48,658 nt of DNA from Candidatus Omnitrophota bacterium (GCA_043803685.1 JAZDJU010000059.1:1-48658), one strand, 5' to 3'; counted from the stretch's first letter, positions 27,701-30,506 are shown. The notes: generated by a model not told the origin, from the letters alone. Program-made: numbers and translations.

Positions 27701-30319
27701 AGACTGCTTTTCTTTCGCAAGCTCCTGGATCCTCCCCATACTAAGGGACACCGTCACCGCATTGACCGAAACTCCCGGGATCGCGCGCAGGGCCGGGATC
27801 TTCTGACGGATCATATCGGCGCTGGAACGGAGAAGAAGACGAAGAATGGTCGCCTGCGAAAGCCCTTCAGTGCCAACTTCTTTAAGAGCCGTCAACTTCT
27901 GATCTAGATTCCTGTTAAGGAGAATTGTGCGGAAGGCTACCTCCTGAGAAGTAAGATCCTTCGTCTTGCCAAGATCAATCCCCTCGGGAACCGAAAATCC
28001 TGCCGCTAAATAGCTCTTCAGACTGGCCGCGATGCGCCCTTGCTCCGATTGGACTTTGGCTTCACCTATCGCTTTTTCCTGAACGGCTGCAACCTCAGCT
28101 TCAGCATTCACCGCGCCCGGTTGAGGTTTCGAAGCGATCGTCCCCACCGTCACATCAAGATCGCCGATCCGGGCGTGACTTGTGCCAAACCGGGCATTGT
28201 GACGATCCAGGATCGTTTGCGGGATCATCGCCAGATCGCGATTGATGTTCGGATAATAGATCCAACGCTCACTCCCAACCTGAATGGACTGGGTTTTTCC
28301 CTGCGCCCCGGCAACTCGAACTTCCCGTTGTCCGCGTTCTTGCGCGGCACTCTGGATCAGGAACGCCGCCGTCTGAGTGCCATTCAGCATCCAAACGACC
28401 TTGCCATCGACATAGGCGCCATCGAACTTCGCGAATTCACTGTCCACCAACGTCTTCGCGGCGGGATTAAGCACCTTGGCGGCTCCTCTCAACGCTTCTA
28501 ATGCAAGCGCTGCATCTTTTTCGGCTGCGATACTCGCCACAATACTCATGCGGATCTCGGAACGGGCCAGCGACAGTTGTTGCCCCCCTGCGATAAGACC
28601 TCCCAGAGTGGGAGTCATGTGCTCAGCAGATAACTGAAACCGGGGGTCGTTCAGGACGCCGGTCTTGGGCTGGAGGAACGCCTCTGAGAGAACCTTCTCG
28701 ATCGGGAGCGGGGTTTCGCGGAGCGCGGCGTCATAGAGAGCGGATTCCTTGGCCTGATCGATCGCTTTGGTGATGCGCGGCGCGACTACTATATAGGAGA
28801 GGTCCTTCTCACGAAGGTACTTCTCGATCCCGGGCGTATGGAAACCACCTGTGACGATGGCGGATATCTTCGCACCCGTAGCAAAGGTTTTCTCAACCGC
28901 TCGCTCGATCAGCACCTGGTCCCGCTCAAGAGCGGCTTTATAGAAGCGCTCCACTCGCGGGAGATCCTGATCGAGGATCTTCACTTGGGACGGCAATCCG
29001 TAGGTGAAGTGATACTGCGTCATGAGCGGTGTGAGAAAACTAACGAAAGTCTCCGATTTGAACTCGTTCTGATAGGTATAAAAGAACTCGGCGTCCTGCT
29101 TGGTCAGCGTGAAATCGAACATTTTGCAATAGATGTCATAGATACGGAGCACGTGGTCGAGCTTGACCTGCTCATTAGAGGTGAAAAGCTTGTTCTTGAC
29201 CGTCTTCTCGAGGAACTCGATCTCGTCAAAGATCGAAACGTCGATCGCGTCATAGAGCTTCATATATTGAATGTAGGCCATGACGTTGGCGTATTTCGCG
29301 CTCAGGTCCTCTCCCGTCGTTGCCGCGCTCACGCCCGCGATCTCATCCTGGAGATATCCATAGTAGGCGGCGCGCTTCATCTTCTTCATGCGGAAGTGAA
29401 CGGTGTTGGTCAGAAAGCGGGAGAGCTTTTCGCGGGAGAGGACGAGCTTGAGGTCGTTAATGAGCTGGTCCGTCTCTTTTTCGGCCTTATCGAAATCGAC
29501 CTGCTTTTCAAGATCGACCAATTGGATCAGGGAATGCATCCGGGGATATTCATCCAACGCGATATGATGCTTCCGGGAAAGCTCGACTAGATAGCGAACA
29601 TAAGCAACGAGTTCCGGTCCGCCTTCCTGGAACGCGGCGCGGCGGCGGATCAGTTCGCGCAACTCTTCGGGAAAAACGAAACGGCTGACGCCCACGAGCA
29701 CCTTATCCAGTTCGGCCAGAACTTTTTCATCACGATCCTTAAACTGAAGCGCGTCGACATAGGCCTTCCGGTTCTCTTCATAGAGGTCTTTGTCTTCCAC
29801 GCCAAAAAGGGTCATCGCCGGCTTATCAACGATCGCCAGATGCTCCGGCCCGGTGAGACGTCCTTCCTTCAAGAAATAATCGGCGACATTCTTGCGGGCA
29901 TCCTTGTTCGGAAAGAATGAAAAGAGTTCGGGGTAAAGTTCTCCGGAGGCGCCTTCAAGGTTCACGAGGCCCAGCTGGTACTTCTCGGAAAAATAGCGAA
30001 GGATGTTGCCGATATTGCGCTGGGCTTCTTCGTTGATATGGGCATCCTGGATCGCAAGGATGACCGGCTCGCGGTTCCCTTTGAAGGAACTCTTGATCGT
30101 GCCATAACTGTCGGGAAGATCGGGACGATCGATCAGAGAAAGAATGGCATTCGCTTTAAAAGTTTCGACCGGAGAAATATTTTGAGAATTGGATGCGGCC
30201 GCGTAAGCTTTATTAATGCCGCCGTCCCAGACGACGGACGTAAAAGAAAACACACAGACCGTCAAAAGCGCAACGGTCCTGAGCCACGGTTTAAAACTGT
30301 GTGTTTGCCATGAAATCAT
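2..30319 (-). CDS. Giant multidomain membrane protein A, at least 10,106 aa, 3'-truncated by the window edge
   Basis: ATG at 30319-30317 follows a GAGAGGA RBS-like sequence. Translation begins MISWQTHSFKPWLRTVALLTVCVFSFTSVVWDGGINKAYAAAS. Manual translation stays open to the window edge (...KDIQLAIEKPDVDTLTLLRRT). The ORF track lists no minus-strand ORF in this frame, so there is no stop. Most long plus-strand ORFs in 170..30313 start at positions equal to 2 mod 3, i.e. they are its antisense shadows. Confidence 0.95.
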   Translation of the reverse strand, partial: MISWQTHSFKPWLRTVALLTVCVFSFTSVVWDGGINKAYAAASNSQNISPVETFKANAILSLIDRPDLPDSYGTIKSSFKGNREPVILAIQDAHINEEAQRNIGNILRYFSEKYQLGLVNLEGASGELYPELFSFFPNKDARKNVADYFLKEGRLTGPEHLAIVDKPAMTLFGVEDKDLYEENRKAYVDALQFKDRDEKVLAELDKVLVGVSRFVFPEELRELIRRRAAFQEGGPELVAYVRYLVELSRKHHIALDEYPRMHSLIQLVDLEKQVDFDKAEKETDQLINDLKLVLSREKLSRFLTNTVHFRMKKMKRAAYYGYLQDEIAGVSAATTGEDLSAKYANVMAYIQYMKLYDAIDVSIFDEIEFLEKTVKNKLFTSNEQVKLDHVLRIYDIYCKMFDFTLTKQDAEFFYTYQNEFKSETFVSFLTPLMTQYHFTYGLPSQVKILDQDLPRVERFYKAALERDQVLIERAVEKTFATGAKISAIVTGGFHTPGIEKYLREKDLSYIVVAPRITKAIDQAKESALYDAALRETPLPIEKVLSEAFLQPKTGVLNDPRFQLSAEHMTPTLGGLIAGGQQLSLARSEIRMSIVASIAAEKDAALALEALRGAAKVLNPAAKTLVDSEFAKFDGAYVDGKVVWMLNGTQTAAFLIQSAAQERGQREVRVAGAQGKTQSIQVGSERWIYYPNINRDLAMIPQTILDRHNARFGTSHARIGDLDVTVGTIASKPQPGAVNAEAEVAAVQEKAIGEAKVQSEQGRIAASLKSYLAAGFSVPEGIDLGKTKDLTSQEVAFRTILLNRNLDQKLTALKEVGTEGLSQATILRLLLRSSADMIRQKIPALRAIPGVSVNAVTVSLSMGRIQELAKEKQSVVAQPEAQPAAPEAAKSEVVSAEQKFTAFLTPLTQVTENVQPRKVKFTWVWNPWNASQEKLRQAVVHNWFDGDETIAAEYFQKVRGKDLDSVDWRLAYNQFKRTHDEQVASAKARERQIKAQSKTQAKGALGAVQMAFNPIMGALAFWHWPGIVLNFVRFWPDKWGQRFGLFQSKTQTVMPLVEALSLLDGVALLSEQKYYGATHEDWKGKGFLHKIAYAVFLKADLGKRIVHGFNYGMPQSALGKTSLSIARSVYAWGIDPWFNPLAKFMEGRWKLAALMMVVGAGVALGFSLLPAGIASAQLFAGFFAKAIVLTAEVPVLSAFVTLLAKALTLQGLAVAMGMGATLAMEKYIGLLSQHFSDKAILANHRWVSEESRKVFDAIEAQMTTFTAEGSSTPVKLRGLQAFQVLLTGQVVMRILSLIAEGKLSRDVAQDLVTLRRLNLIRFTSDAQRAKFDAQLESLGLVSQEGAPALSVLDRGILQIRSRLVSIFTVFTTWDLFKAYLMESYAGGVGMALVNVEIGTLAGVEVPDHAGAAPVHVQGLAFDARTDGFVQLLDKSVLGAANSGLESVGVDFRFNENWMLASHVVGFVEHKMISWGHKTLDPVVSGFAALGNGILESISPTSSFAVTPPADLIPKAAEEASQATPDMATSKTASEAAFKKFTEPAGGSAEEISLQIKETLGKIKFAQDGLALRQEMVVSGKTSAQLNDVYTTLYLEEIRSLQGKLAKLEASVGKTAAQAPADMATPKVTPVIAPVTIEEPAKSIVEPSKEFPAVGAYLESQTLRTLTREMKLRLAESEKAFAKEGMERTPALLNKWFRDQYPGLIKNFQTEASKYPELLGVLKGSPSAAMSAQLGGAKLQTVAVSPDTGYFGTNTKVLFQWVDAGFSKAVVKVAPMAKPATEPAVKAPAPVKEAKEPVSYQESDALRTYSADLRNVIEVGKAALAREGKDATLSNLNAWIQANIPQAIKNFQAEVAKNPELAGILKGKQPSLEIAKKIPVGQTLTPLKGAGVDNILGGNTLAALAVISGPIAIGEKAIAKIAAPTPSKVAVQPLTVVEAPAPKAELKPAQVAATPAPETEKKAVQKIERSGVKKLIKEAAVSGPMGVAAEVTRPKKDLHEQLLSAREAAEDRLDTRVEEYAERLSSFLSVEVLHQIRRQATGADRKGSDELLKRAGVINILSERYAKSLNDYFKDKYSDNSKKAIDPKVALKEDTDNLIARFGEFIKDPESFQGIPGGPLSPSELEIVRDVFKIAIPLRVKEIGAGKVTPAIPLVIIDSPEYRPDGKAIGLDQLLNKAVNHSMTVGGASEKVAKALAHYHRNERGVTLSVVARAGSDFFNAAPINAGVGFELKVSISDPSAKVKDNLAKEREDEAELMVQRVAADTVREVRTHLNNYFRSKALAEGLRDNLAKVRIDEEKARDNTKTGMDPDAAAAIERARRDLEYDLEARVQEQAEILRAIGALIGVTEKTIVFDEALEGAGKDPVNAEEIRKKSEALLARYKVSMGGAMNMDRVLAQGKYSVDVLGTAYREAQEKMAVFFNPRIFLNFSGAGDFRIPLSFTRDPQTHPMIHMIARDRAAYQYFLDAQGIEANLADLKGRVESAQQAAQRAIARFQSAQELMDLERERFKESGWAERFKSAVENYSRERTAMNHAYHEQERLQIEVDRFAAGVSGTLSKFEKDFEKDKEKAKAGQSSKPFDAEYFTQLEAKLGSPGSPTSVDVTDPKRNLELGSNANLRFEDLRARELRERMIQTLSAAGIKFVGKVDALDVNLDGKIDDAKEREVMIEDLQDAEAGLFDEFERATALADRSVFQMIGDLFRSKPRAPEVIMTEIQKINGIKHEALKAMLPEIMRGVWEGQKEEIKDLMDQAQAVRDSSETTQDRKEQAGREFDALKKVLSQVNADLEKLGPPKSKERLKLGGYSFAGGGIESIGIFDGAMGVGFTGTWDPDLSGQLDFFYQALRESELLEQAHAREYVKNILDQRDALDEIHSRIVWLGMGIEDMTRSEKVLVIGTAKGERLITVTSEAGGGQYLGRLADGTKVRVNVQPTEGDRRIVAITDLSGKKLDLGGSPFIQEERPRGLLVLLKDQLNGLRELKLPLDETKAKRDDLDIQIRSGTQRLEFLRDAKTSLEDAYGRQKQKMLRLMGRNVGEKGDTLIYTPADEQSFSVIKKDYVTPVKQGMEAWVAETERRAFEPEIDQNVADQRVRIQWALWSAAEQANYKQLYLMFPFLSNASGDKGVGELGGSASLRLYSGALSKDKDLNIQIARTNLGVVYEDYQKFLLREPLVYENLGYQVKNTVDQKKETQRLLGDLDRENQVEFSAKQQRAVTGAGEADLFTAIGRVNRATQADNLLIHTRNEHLRSRDLAVKSPARAGAVSSDAENNRLKDMGIRGGRLIISQDQESFEKFVAASSDRVASSNERLARDLSDIQKEYRLLRHAGASAEASKIPLGLGSGDDLQIGVRLTMDLVEALLKSGQAEAYELRAKQLGKENEYRQDLKRRLVRLAWQDVLRAKAILGIREEQARWREKLNASADVGMAKEDHTAIDGEMIRTRTMVETAKRDLSISENMLKFVAEIPKDVKIDVPETKLLDQVSNGEEIQGDIVRDMLKSALDDPRYQAIIENVNVADAAIREEWQKRVGTSQAGAFLGTTQSLGVEATVHLIHAQQGALLKLEEAKKELAKVQSDPLLRSIQLQALNEYATFVQNRVRLLQMANEFAMSETSATDVVNGYRAKGITGTKVRTINEAHAALNRLEIDALQLSGAHFELNKSVINFKSTLALMKLGDVAKKLESVAQKTLPVETHQRDALEKLEAAGKRISEAAIEVKKIDEQLEGVSPTPKPPVDMIKELKDVSQVLAREPRQDYRDPSAAAYEPAVKVLWKNIFGVDDIAKKDLNKEDGRIKGGLSPVIVVEDIFVNLFNAMQLNPNQRLAMLEIMKVLSEPGSKGNASLRDKLKDPEFLKLVDPEQGVPRDEKWGLHFAQVIEGLLDTDIIAAMSQKEDATELDEKTDLRVLGAYVFYAASILKELKPQELNRVEASKVPAMVRARFTDLFNQGFSERLEVHFIFLSKILENIAAQSKQKDRAPVRIEFTDAELGVLTRDGLFARLVETLDKREDFKGWLARQKMANPKDTFFAPKDEKGWKQLKTRFATEALFDWYTYTQRRVSEAPYFMFSKQVSEPFQDFDEVRKIVGPLYLKHFGRDSALYGDMAMGSLPDLTAWQFMSFMGKIYSPDKAVRFDRLRAIALLADEILQNERARIKKVYELKPGELRALPSDGVMLRFLEAKQRPDSIPDMREVEKELMSLRNGQLFGEVMFRTINTLEQYARGQGLVSKSAFGAVFPEDPKMFDWLMLNGFFVEEEGIKGHPAELTEKKIAALKTKYPETDYPGQADRIVAMLQQAKPMGLGPVLDQLAKQGPGALKAGPFSGLSDDIHDSYRAMPRIADALRKGLYPKIDIKTSRKDRGVVTAWYENARYNELSPESIEKWIEISFNMNKALGKDGTGQITNETQKELGTLFAVAREIATKPSAWKDFFNADGTPVNKDNIWMLFSVLLKSEEKGKANPVLDQYLKDTDGDGAYKAKANNPRAQVGDQVMLARDLTLKLAGVDEEGSKGDAIKKENGAAGYLAEAKKILDKRKAIYEITNPKGEAPSVAVSTLKVRADDLDAEYTTIHRLFDRDGKLGLEEYKKQVATYYDWVNTVLKARANVGNDLINAFKEDGKYKTLPFWMTEQEKGRMLKSIDDLSTEPYTVNEAKAWVEEQIRWGLAKTDNAENAKKDIERRVEVEMYLQAANDLYPVIDSGKPGVENDGKGQRQFLTRGELASYSRVIMLREKLDAMQEKPDTQQVKPDAEKKETEPALQFYARLLTGRGLLAAALDGREFKDPDGNELNPYVPQKGIDNKFAYDGIVRDFSAEIAKRLEEFGFVGIGQDGNPTKDNRATIKSKDLVRWVKENHARWPIEKIFGNISRDLEIQDRNAEGYRGAKFFPKEAGALERRIYDWLADAAILEAVLYERYGTFSAPEALPGLVRSARGNALTIRERPGFKMEIRERQAIQHLRDKYETELYMNIDTRTATRKIPELNGHTAEEARDYRFLYRQILGVDLPATIGPEADNVFGIKWGLSQFSNLTQVLSAQGYTPAQIEAAQFEFMIAMKDARDAFIRATYGSSPDVSKVLDPAALASLDARIKAFVDQQAAWFIQNYSKQKARIAQERDGTLRNKEGELEKKRLALEENRRKLLAATAERFKTETYVLVAKETVQRLADALTKMNENVPELKAKPIEFSRSDLMSLAGEMLRSGYSETEILIMNGYIIPQVAQDMGQAADIDRIDIKNAVGERDVSAEKDMKARILHRARQILDRAQFQNGEAIPAVLLERIKVVREEFMDVQDRETKVKKKFADIRAMLSETEWKELYESEKELKDQIQRIAEDSHNRSIPSEAVEKWLDLGIQIYKDANATKGATPDMKRVLFEADSLLKLGLAAQPDPYPWAEGTEKDLVSQTLGAFLGEEGSPMDPYQLRPKGVDAESPEAANYSRAGFVKSDKDWFWKFFNLGRNREIEKSLESAQEAKWAENPELKEKQREALEARIQAMLEANAITPLDLYNFMQRVKEKYQKLLDASYQASQESSLQSDPRPKPKLESPLWLALLEDLQNPDPAKRIGLFEILTSHIPAAEVKGNDPTVTGKVLIPFIPETDINGRDQLVTDKFAALTRRLNMDFMEQYSAPRRYSQTDIAAEEKALREQGVSETDIAEKVKAMREFAERSFFADAINFEAGEKKLRIPGTDLEIPLPNFNTPEAPLQQIFFYAFMGAFIAFFFRLIFKRSKYKHLEKKVALTVPTGRAEGQSTKRSEVRVEDLDARAQAKLKKEAEVGDWIKKRQWADMRLNVGKALYGYSDLVLVFWSMAVITPWAGAVAAVPIAISMLAYKFLYNSLTETFWSTILARPKGVAWLTGLAALSITVSGFWGGGWVVLFGWFALNYWALPLVVLPYVLAIWIALDKKNGLIVDDIDSTGWEMSEKEVKSIMTEIQAIHAEEKAGTLSGDVLAKRKGELQARIQVKDMNEVLGEHRPKDLPEGVDYEFRDGELTLYVQPWLLDYSEPNDWPKVIDSLARILIGNNFRQTRVVLQAGARVWGDAEMKKAAALQEMAKVYWPYLGDNDPGRGRFVPGHERMMIVYMPACRKPARNVEMVGAFTGWGNDGTTPQSGAGATLEGADEAVTVHVRNGRAFIIGSKLGVKTHIRKGAEALKVSLRDPSKKAINDLVIKDLIDNEWVTAKNATAEQLTAAINRVFESGSLYDEVVGVENGLKEPSKALLEAHQAHNVAEWQRAKDDVESALADLENAKAAAKVAPEAEKNEKNKIVKEKEKNFEKQNKLFMSLDAKWKIRNWILIKEAYSPEIRDIVAPYETYVPTLNEPFFRGTATPDRAFVPYGEVKDTLAFQDLLPKKKADGTFELDENSEPIPNVRYSTTVDGSNFAFAGASVYFTRNLARRPDIGILQGATFYDSDEASMGWTQGKAIHKMLFRTIMFAAALANYNRAFGKYVVMTKVSRRMSAQTKGFVWGPYRTRTGLLDGLLFKHLDTLSESAIVSLVTPKEGENTPPKTFSLNLTGDNGLGGKVNGEDEIVTATPADSWEIVRFAHEKMVRIQGYKDRQSTSSGLSRFFYRLWHLRNMPWSVQALDNLPSKFFEDLASIEPPLQGVSTTLLVRADGKGLIGDDRDMNFLTLLQKMEKWLKSNDIPTTWLRLFGRSFARTKAPKFFDDKPIKGMFSNPFWRLTLGIMLFAALVPGVYGVIAVLGAQWLGLLILTMVFVPSLFGAIVNGLERFGVKGFGGEARAPGSGRRFLEIPMDLLRWIDEKGGTTYLTFVLDIMDFIEATEDFFRFLHKVDSPGARPADLTAKTEAMKEYWRPSTVRRGLLVGFTAVFLLFGIGLSPIMPPLVMSLSGGIIAIVVSIVAFWIPMLRTTQQPTEYKHRLQQYLNQYHKDKYGDGKAFIKTAESKTPKLFFQMWADSYKRSWRGAAVGLVVGSIIVLGIISGVAGFSILGLSGALVFKYGMGAAVAGFVGWFLREVFRGDKRKEYEAVALRRIGSSLLLASGALITVGFALPLLAAVVPFYYLPLTMPLWFAFLAKPVADYWDGVLMEAGKADRRSMYRAVAALGLTFGMIYSHTLQSLFGYFHQHFDPNTFFVSVGSGVGGMDGSALFHLALQGNDPWMMGWATFIIASTFIRLAGGFVEWLRSKMAQKKTQAGAPPTAPPATNAPAAPATSPAAPAAQESDRVQTWQKSLEVWRAEEASTVDKIEALAAQLQTTQRDSKEWNEIIANKSFSESELSKIRARISQAEASIGTKRSEVRNVPSASARSEMRTVAAYLGETRITLGELADSFRGVLSVEKSGDGDSLMLIRADTGAELRIRRVIEYGQPWDGRSLVIGNRLYELQGGESPEVDLYELVHSADPLQALGNQELLDFVGLKTPSLEKTPASKESGVRVVLYDSLKDPLSRIAEPHRVGEPISEKALEEARVYFKQHPYSVDEDRQSTIVRLHYLAVLSQSSVPAGGSRESVLKDGILFTNELEKLAMENKDVEIATWIEEVLFSSSLLVIREVPGKAQAAELLLTDDEKRHLDTQTPFEITSAETSSDEFDHLQAIFAEVVRAGKIKPFFIINIQNFTPRTYLAYVSFLREMSRKFNGNITFFLSIQSPGVNLPGEAKPYKPLDHDLPGTFTSRRRVLERMGRDFYLEEYTANVSDGGEKTRAANAGIRFEHWSKTLMAEGMTFLEGNMLTGGVMWLLLPKLGKGFKFWLASDGRIRFGKIHLGGKPLSELPADFQIAAAGPEALVLSAKDRDALAQLRSQFAWDSPGLNSNPTFQKIWSRAVANIARRVLTQRGIYVTDAAGVMQDFREKPNEKALVKLAYDHSSKGEDANVIENIFFVIEKADTSYHLVEDFNKQSVYGKDGRLARIPVSVFETVFGGFFPKDGQKPVVTLRTRPIVQKHVAKIYGISYGEGSVVSDIAGLEQYFLMWEQYLRDYAGSKEIEVKKTDGITVTYNGNPADLHYLLRNVEFSGTGTVEIGEHVVIESSKIALQGEMLSIPARTKIIDSSVKGPMEFHGEGGVVLGVDFESGKVQEINGSTPDRLVVYGDETLSTLQYADGTSYLTRMVNSIPYKAEEVKASESSLVVRKTLPKIVGGFERWSLIESRLGIKDEFEAAMERPLSAYISGPLDWLELVSLIFSEDISDETRGKVQKEILKINGSSALSPVQKGHAIAKVIADIPSARLTKTDLSPLLGSASALVGVTNPSVLQPGIEAMSQQRFVPQFRDLLNKSGVRYDEVKNLQMGEALYKAFSAMHPLLLGIPGISTWEDVYTLSSGKLLEKTQAAVQAFVTKKEMAGEEADNKDLAKLTATIEKEHRKDLISLPYLGGGRTYKKAKGDLGALRMQLATTAVRNPMGDVSAVGGARSEMRQVAAYLGETGITLGALADSFSSVLSVEKSGDGDSLMLVRMDTGAELRIRRVVEYGKPWDGKSLVIGNRLYELQQGEASEVDLYALVHSADPLQVLGNQELLDFVGLKTPPFETAPVSPKESDVRVVLYDSLKDPISRIAEPHRVAEPVSEKALEEARVYFKQHPYAADEDRQSTIVRLHYLAVLSQSNVPSGMSREEVLNDGILFTDELEKLAMGNKDVEVATWIEEVLFSSSLLVVREVPGKAQASELLLTGEEKRHLDTETPFEISSAETSSDEFDRLQGIFAEAVREGKLKPFFIINIQNFTPRTYLAYVSFLREMSKKYNGNITFFLSIQSPGVTLPGEAKPYKPLDHDLPGTFTSRRRVLDRMGRDFYLQEYTANVSDGGEKTRAANAGIRFEHWSKTLMAEGMTFLEGNMLTGGVMWLLLPKLGKGFKLWLASDGRIRFGKIHLGGKPLSELPSDFQIAAAGPEALVLSAKDRDALEPLMSQFAWDTAGLNGNPTFQKIWSRAEANIARRVLTQRGIYVTDAAGVMQDFREKPNEKALVKLAYDHSSKGEDAQVIENIFFVIEKADTSYHLVEDFNKQSVYGKDGRLARIPVSVFETVFGGFFPKSGQKPVVTLRARPIVQKYVSKIYGISYGEGSVVSDIAGLEQYFLMWEQYLRDYSGPKEIQVKKADGITVVYNGNRADLHYLLRNVEFSGTGTVEISEHVVIESSKIYLNGETLRIPARTKIIDSTVKGPMEFHGEGGVVLGVDFEPGKVREVGNSEPAQKLVVYGDETLTTLQYADGTSYLARMINSIPYKAETVKENGNAVVRKTLPKIVGGFERWSMIESRLGIADDFESAMEHSLSAYVNGPLDWLELVSLIFSEDISDETREKVQKEILKINGSSALSSVQKGHAIAEEISRIPSARLTKTDLSALLGSARALAGVTDPKVLQPGIEAMSYQRFVPQFQGLLNTSGVRYEDVKDLPMGEALYKAFTAMHPLLLGIDGISAWKDVYTLSDEKLFEAMQAAIQAVADENEVSDKPVDDKTLSARISEKKSKLEQEHRKDLISLPYLGGGRTYKKAKGDLGALRMQLATTAVRNPSENVSKTGSARSEMREQYPQVVDVIDPATKYLRFVANEAINNMYPSDHGLPKGADRPWTEFETPLLPVNNASVGQLALYSYHDLYHNDWFVAYNGETGKLYHALNEPFQDRTYSMFVSWKDRHVSSEDLRFLKDAAVKGGVRVYRAADPEKKHMGGDINFAVFGQRLIENGVKVPLARVSHQFSDIFQLYDVPQFLTQNPDGGPKYGANIGLDQLRRGKEYPVVPQDRPELLKAAQRDGYTEIDLTPYLTGAVDLEPYVKKGSTPVEIRAAIEKGALQNWLWDYKPVIAKPWNELAPGEYYIENNNLHVKMRPARYPHNLIGITESGKVAMIVLTGKKYYPDGKGYTYTEIQDAVASKSSEIGEKIMSVYLLANSKDAFTRGDGKFVDAASSPKGFRYETGTAGIVVVTPKAAVTRSEIRENAHVLAYVRMAEEDLREAVRDPKRDFDANVVVTTPASVGAVGQILQNNVGTLFHEERLPMVERGEKGAGSLARITDVATALNEKFGPDFNLEKARGKTVGAFLMSGLAMRLSLLLPRYHLNKGLHMTASGERTGLEQTLWQRIWNKESKARDGVFVYAIDAAIAPEYPARLRSVQDPVFNEKGELVKSGHGGFQVFGQEMSLDNPDLYALGVFLPKEGSINTPGGKDIQLAIEKPDVDTLTLLRRT
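760..1957 (-). other. Phosphodiester glycosidase (NAGPA-like) module of giant A
   Basis: RPARYPHNLIGITESGKVAMIVLTGK...GYTYTEIQDAV...VYLLANSKDA resembles RHPRTAIG..DG.LLLVVVDGR...G.T..ELA...NLDGGGS. The module is bounded by RSEMR and RSEIR. Confidence 0.5.
1973..8569 (-). repeat. Intragenic tandem duplication, two ~3.3-kb (~1100-aa) units, each with a sugar-1-phosphate nucleotidyltransferase-like domain and a beta-helix-like segment
   Basis: 5279-8569 and 1973-5278 are collinear with an offset of about 3294 nt; 3609-3706 is identical to 6903-7000. Both units begin with RSEMR. Motifs: NVSDGGEKTRAAN, GIYVTDAAGVMQDFREKP, and a downstream LRNVEF.GTGTVEI.EHVVIESSKI segment. Confidence 0.9.
8930..12990 (-). 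other. OpgH/MdoH-like membrane GT2 glucosyltransferase module with eroded catalytic motifs
   Basis: Motifs appear in OpgH order: AEMKKAAAL (AEQKAW), RKPARNVEMVGAFTGWG (RKSGNIDDFCRRWG), RYSTTVDGSN (YMVVLDADS), ARRPDIGILQ (ANPNAGIIQ), KHLDTLSESAIV (SHDFVEAAL), LDNLPSKFFEDLASIEPPLQG ([20 protein letters not shown]). Multiple hydrophobic helices flank the core. Confidence 0.6.
19320..23820 (-). other. Three tandem TolC/outer-membrane-efflux (OEP)-like protomers inside giant A
   Basis: Six helix/beta-hairpin/long-helix half-repeats, e.g. GLDQLLNKAVNHSMTVGGASEKVAKA...AGVGFELKVSISD...REVRTHLNNYFRSKAL; AQQAAQRAIARFQSAQELMDLERERF; ELGGSASLRLYSG...IQIARTNLG; LQIGVRLTMDL...VRLAWQDVLRAKAIL; KSALDDPRYQAIIENVNVADAAIREEW...LGVEATVHL. 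Approximate units: 22670-23820, 20560-22510, 19320-20480. Confidence 0.6.
24614..25360 (-). repeat. Two ~105-aa internal repeats with peptidoglycan-binding (PGBD-like) motifs, set in Pro/Ala-rich linkers
   Basis: YLESQTLR...LIKNFQTEASKYPELLGVLKG...DTGYFGTNTKVLF (about 25043-25360) and YQESDALR...AIKNFQAEVAKNPELAGILKG...VDNILGGNTLAAL (about 24614-24931) resemble the PG_binding_1 pattern AVxxFQ...DGxxGxxTxxAL. Confidence 0.5.
28740..30130 (-). other. N-terminal domain of giant A, TraB/Tiki/EreA-ChaN-like, paralogous to the N-terminus of giant B
   Basis: Motifs AIQDAH (30038-30055), NLEGASG..PELF, FGVED, ERDQVL and IVTGGFH (28838-28858) align in order with HIQSAH, FLEGAAG..PELF, FGMED, LRENKM and IVTGGFH of giant B. 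Confidence 0.65.
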
Positions 30320-30426
30320 TAGGATTGCCGTCCTCTCTTCAAGCCATTTAGGATTGCTTTTTTTCTCTGGGACTCGAAGCTACGTCTATATAAAACTTAT
30401 TTTAAGAACTTACTAACCTCAAAACA

Positions 30427-30455
30427 AATATACACAATGAATGCATTCTAGTCAA
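30427..30455 (-). promoter_or_regulatory. Sigma70-type promoter for giant A
   Basis: Minus strand TTGACT (30455-30450), 17-nt spacer, TATATT (30432-30427), about 110 nt upstream of the ATG in an AT-rich intergenic region. Confidence 0.65.
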
Positions 30456-30481
30456 GGAAACCTAAAAAATTTTTAATGATA

Positions 30482-30506
30482 TAAGTCGTTATTAATCAAT
30501 GTGTTA
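30482..30506. promoter_or_regulatory. IHF-consensus-like site upstream of the giant A promoter
   Basis: AATCAATGTGTTA (30494-30506) matches WATCAANNNNTTR, with a weaker inverted copy (TAAGTCGTTATTA) adjacent. Confidence 0.3.
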
